The notes under the pieces: model-generated
What the model was told of the DNA's origin: nothing
What the model saw: the letters and a program-made list of their open reading frames with translations, nothing else
Database searches by the model: none
Shown here: in pieces, positions 62,156-64,000 of the stretch
Layout: every line of letters starts with the position of its first letter
Numbering within the stretch: the first letter of the stretch is position 1
Translations under genes and position numbers: made by a program
Origin: Iphione sp. A-MEVVRFRX5
Taxonomy: Eukaryota
Direction: 5' to 3'
Assembly: GCA_976226885.1 (NCBI GenBank)
Contig: OZ320313.1
Span: forward strand, 70,618,001 to 70,682,000
Length of the DNA stretch: 64,000 bases

Positions 62156-62717
62156 CAGTGTGTTGCTATGCGTTGTGCTTTTCCCGCATGACAATGCACA
62201 GGGGTGTTCCATGCATGCATGCATTTGTGTGTGTAAATGAACAGATAAATTTCTAGAAAAACCAAAAATGATGAAAAATAGCAAATTTCATGAAAAACAT
62301 GCTGAAAAATGGTCTATTCCATTGAAAAACGGCAATTTACATGGAAAACAGCCCCAAAACAGCTCATTTCATGGGAAACAGCCCAAAAAAACAGCAAAAT
62401 TGTGTGGAAAAATTCCAGAAAAAGATGGAATTGTGCAGTATTGTGTAGTACTGTGCAGTAAGGTGTCTAAAAGAGAGTAAAAGTGAGGAAAAGTGAAGAA
62501 AAGTGAGGAAAAAGGAGTGCATTGGTGTGCGTTTCTGTGTGTGTGTGGCAAATTTACGGTCCCGGACCGAAAACGGGCAATGCTTGCCAACACACAGCAA
62601 CGCATTTGGACAGCTCACACATTTAAAAGACACCCTTCACTGATTGCCTACTATCCAATAAAAACGCATGGGAACGCATACAAGCGCACACGGACACCAA
62701 CGCATGTAAGGAAACTG
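62156..62717 (+). mobile_element. MITE-like element with helically phased A-tracts and a 10-bp AAAGTGAGGA repeat
   Basis: Ends CAGTGTGTTGCTATGCGTTG and CAACGCATGTAAGGAAACTG form an imperfect inverted repeat. A-tracts recur every 10-11 bp at 62264-62430. (AAAGTGARGA)3 at about 62480-62512. Confidence 0.55.
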
Positions 62718-64000
62718 ACCCTACCTGGGTAATATCGATCTCCGTGAACACAAGAACATTAGGAGTCTGTGGTCCTATTTTAATTATGCCAATTTAAGTG
62801 GTACTACTGAAAAACAGCTTATATGTTGCCCTAGAAACAGGTACAATATGGCTAAGGAAGAGGACACATTGGTGGTGCGTAGTATTCAGCATTGCGTTGC
62901 TGTTCTCAACAACCTATTTATACGAACAGACTACCGGCTGACTTTATTGGCTCAAACCTTAAATTTGAAGCTAGATATTGGACCCATTTAAATCTCGCAT
63001 TCGTATAATTATAGGGTATCATTTTCATTTTGAATTGAAGTATGGATTGTAATGTTTAACCCCTTTCTTTACTATTTACCGTGATTTGATTTTTTGCATT
63101 CTACGCCGGAGTTGTCCGATTATGCCCGGACTATTCATCGTTTGTTCACACACGTGTTACCTGTTGATTCCTCGTGCGTCCATTCTAATACGATTGATAT
63201 TTGTCTGAGTGCAAAGGTGCCTCGACCGTATTGTATTTAATACAGCGGTGTTATGAGGACGGGCACGAACATGTTAAATTACAAAATAACGTGCCGCCTT
63301 CCTTTAGTATCGTTTATCATGCTGCGGTTGGTTGTTTATGTAGTGGCCTTTTCAGGATTCAATATTAGTGCCGGTAACACAGAGGTGTACCACCAGTCGG
63401 TGGGGCATCAGCCCGCCAGTCAACCAGCCAGCCTACCCTTGCAGATTTCCATCAATATCCAATTCACTACATTCAGTCGGGTCAGCATTTCGACAACAAC
63501 CGCAGGTGTGATCGTTAATTGTACACCCGTGCAGTATAATGTTGAACTCACAACTGAACGATAAGAAATGATGACGTCACATTACGAAGCGATTAATATC
63601 CGGTCGCCTTGTCATACCAAATTTAGAATTTTCCTCCCCTACTCAATACCCTCACATGAAAAACTATTTAGTGCTGTTGCCACTTCTAAATTCCTGCTCT
63701 ATGCAAATGGGATGGATAATTGGCATAATGTCTGCTGTTCGCACTGGCAGCCCGGGAAATTTCTGCCGACCCGAAGAGCTAATTATCTCGAAGTGACAGA
63801 AGATGTTGAAATGGTGACCATAGTAACGCTGGCTCCCAACTGTTCTTTCAAAATGTATTTGAAATATACATTCGGAATTATCAATTATTCCCTGTTAACA
63901 GGAACGTTGGCATTTTCCAGTGGACATCGTACTGAGACTGATGTTTTCAAATACATGCACGAAATAATTTTAGAAATTTGTATTGTTAAGGTTTTTGTAT

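Overview
This is animal (metazoan) genomic DNA, most likely lophotrochozoan/annelid-like judging from the innexin sequence. It is not a prokaryotic locus, and no CRISPR array, rRNA or intact tRNA is visible. The only confidently identified host gene is an innexin (gap-junction/hemichannel subunit) whose 419-aa CDS is uninterrupted on the minus strand (47323-48582), below a CpG-rich, ETS/YY1-motif-rich upstream region. The rest is intergenic or intronic DNA full of transposons. The best preserved are a 5'-truncated CR1/L2-group LINE with one premature stop and an intact 3' stem-loop plus (TCAA)n tail, a full-length but decayed Tigger/pogo DNA transposon, and a tRNA-headed SINE with a Deu/Nin-like core. 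Heavily decayed remnants resemble DIRS/Ngaro, Gypsy, Harbinger, Academ and RTE elements; these calls come from hand-matched motifs only. I found no clear new multi-gene system. The most unusual features are structural: three separate MITE-like elements carrying A-tracts phased at about 10.3 bp (one as an exact 31-bp, 3-turn repeat), a 587-bp TIR element with a 156-nt internal fold-back, a 92-nt nested GC palindrome, and a strong GC3 step inside the innexin ORF. There are also several orphan promoter and exon signatures: X-box+TATA+Inr at 32.5 kb, a signal-peptide exon at 43 kb, a divergent first exon at 50.6 kb and a spliced Cys-rich ORF at 52-53.5 kb. All motif matches and counts were done by eye; no database search was run.
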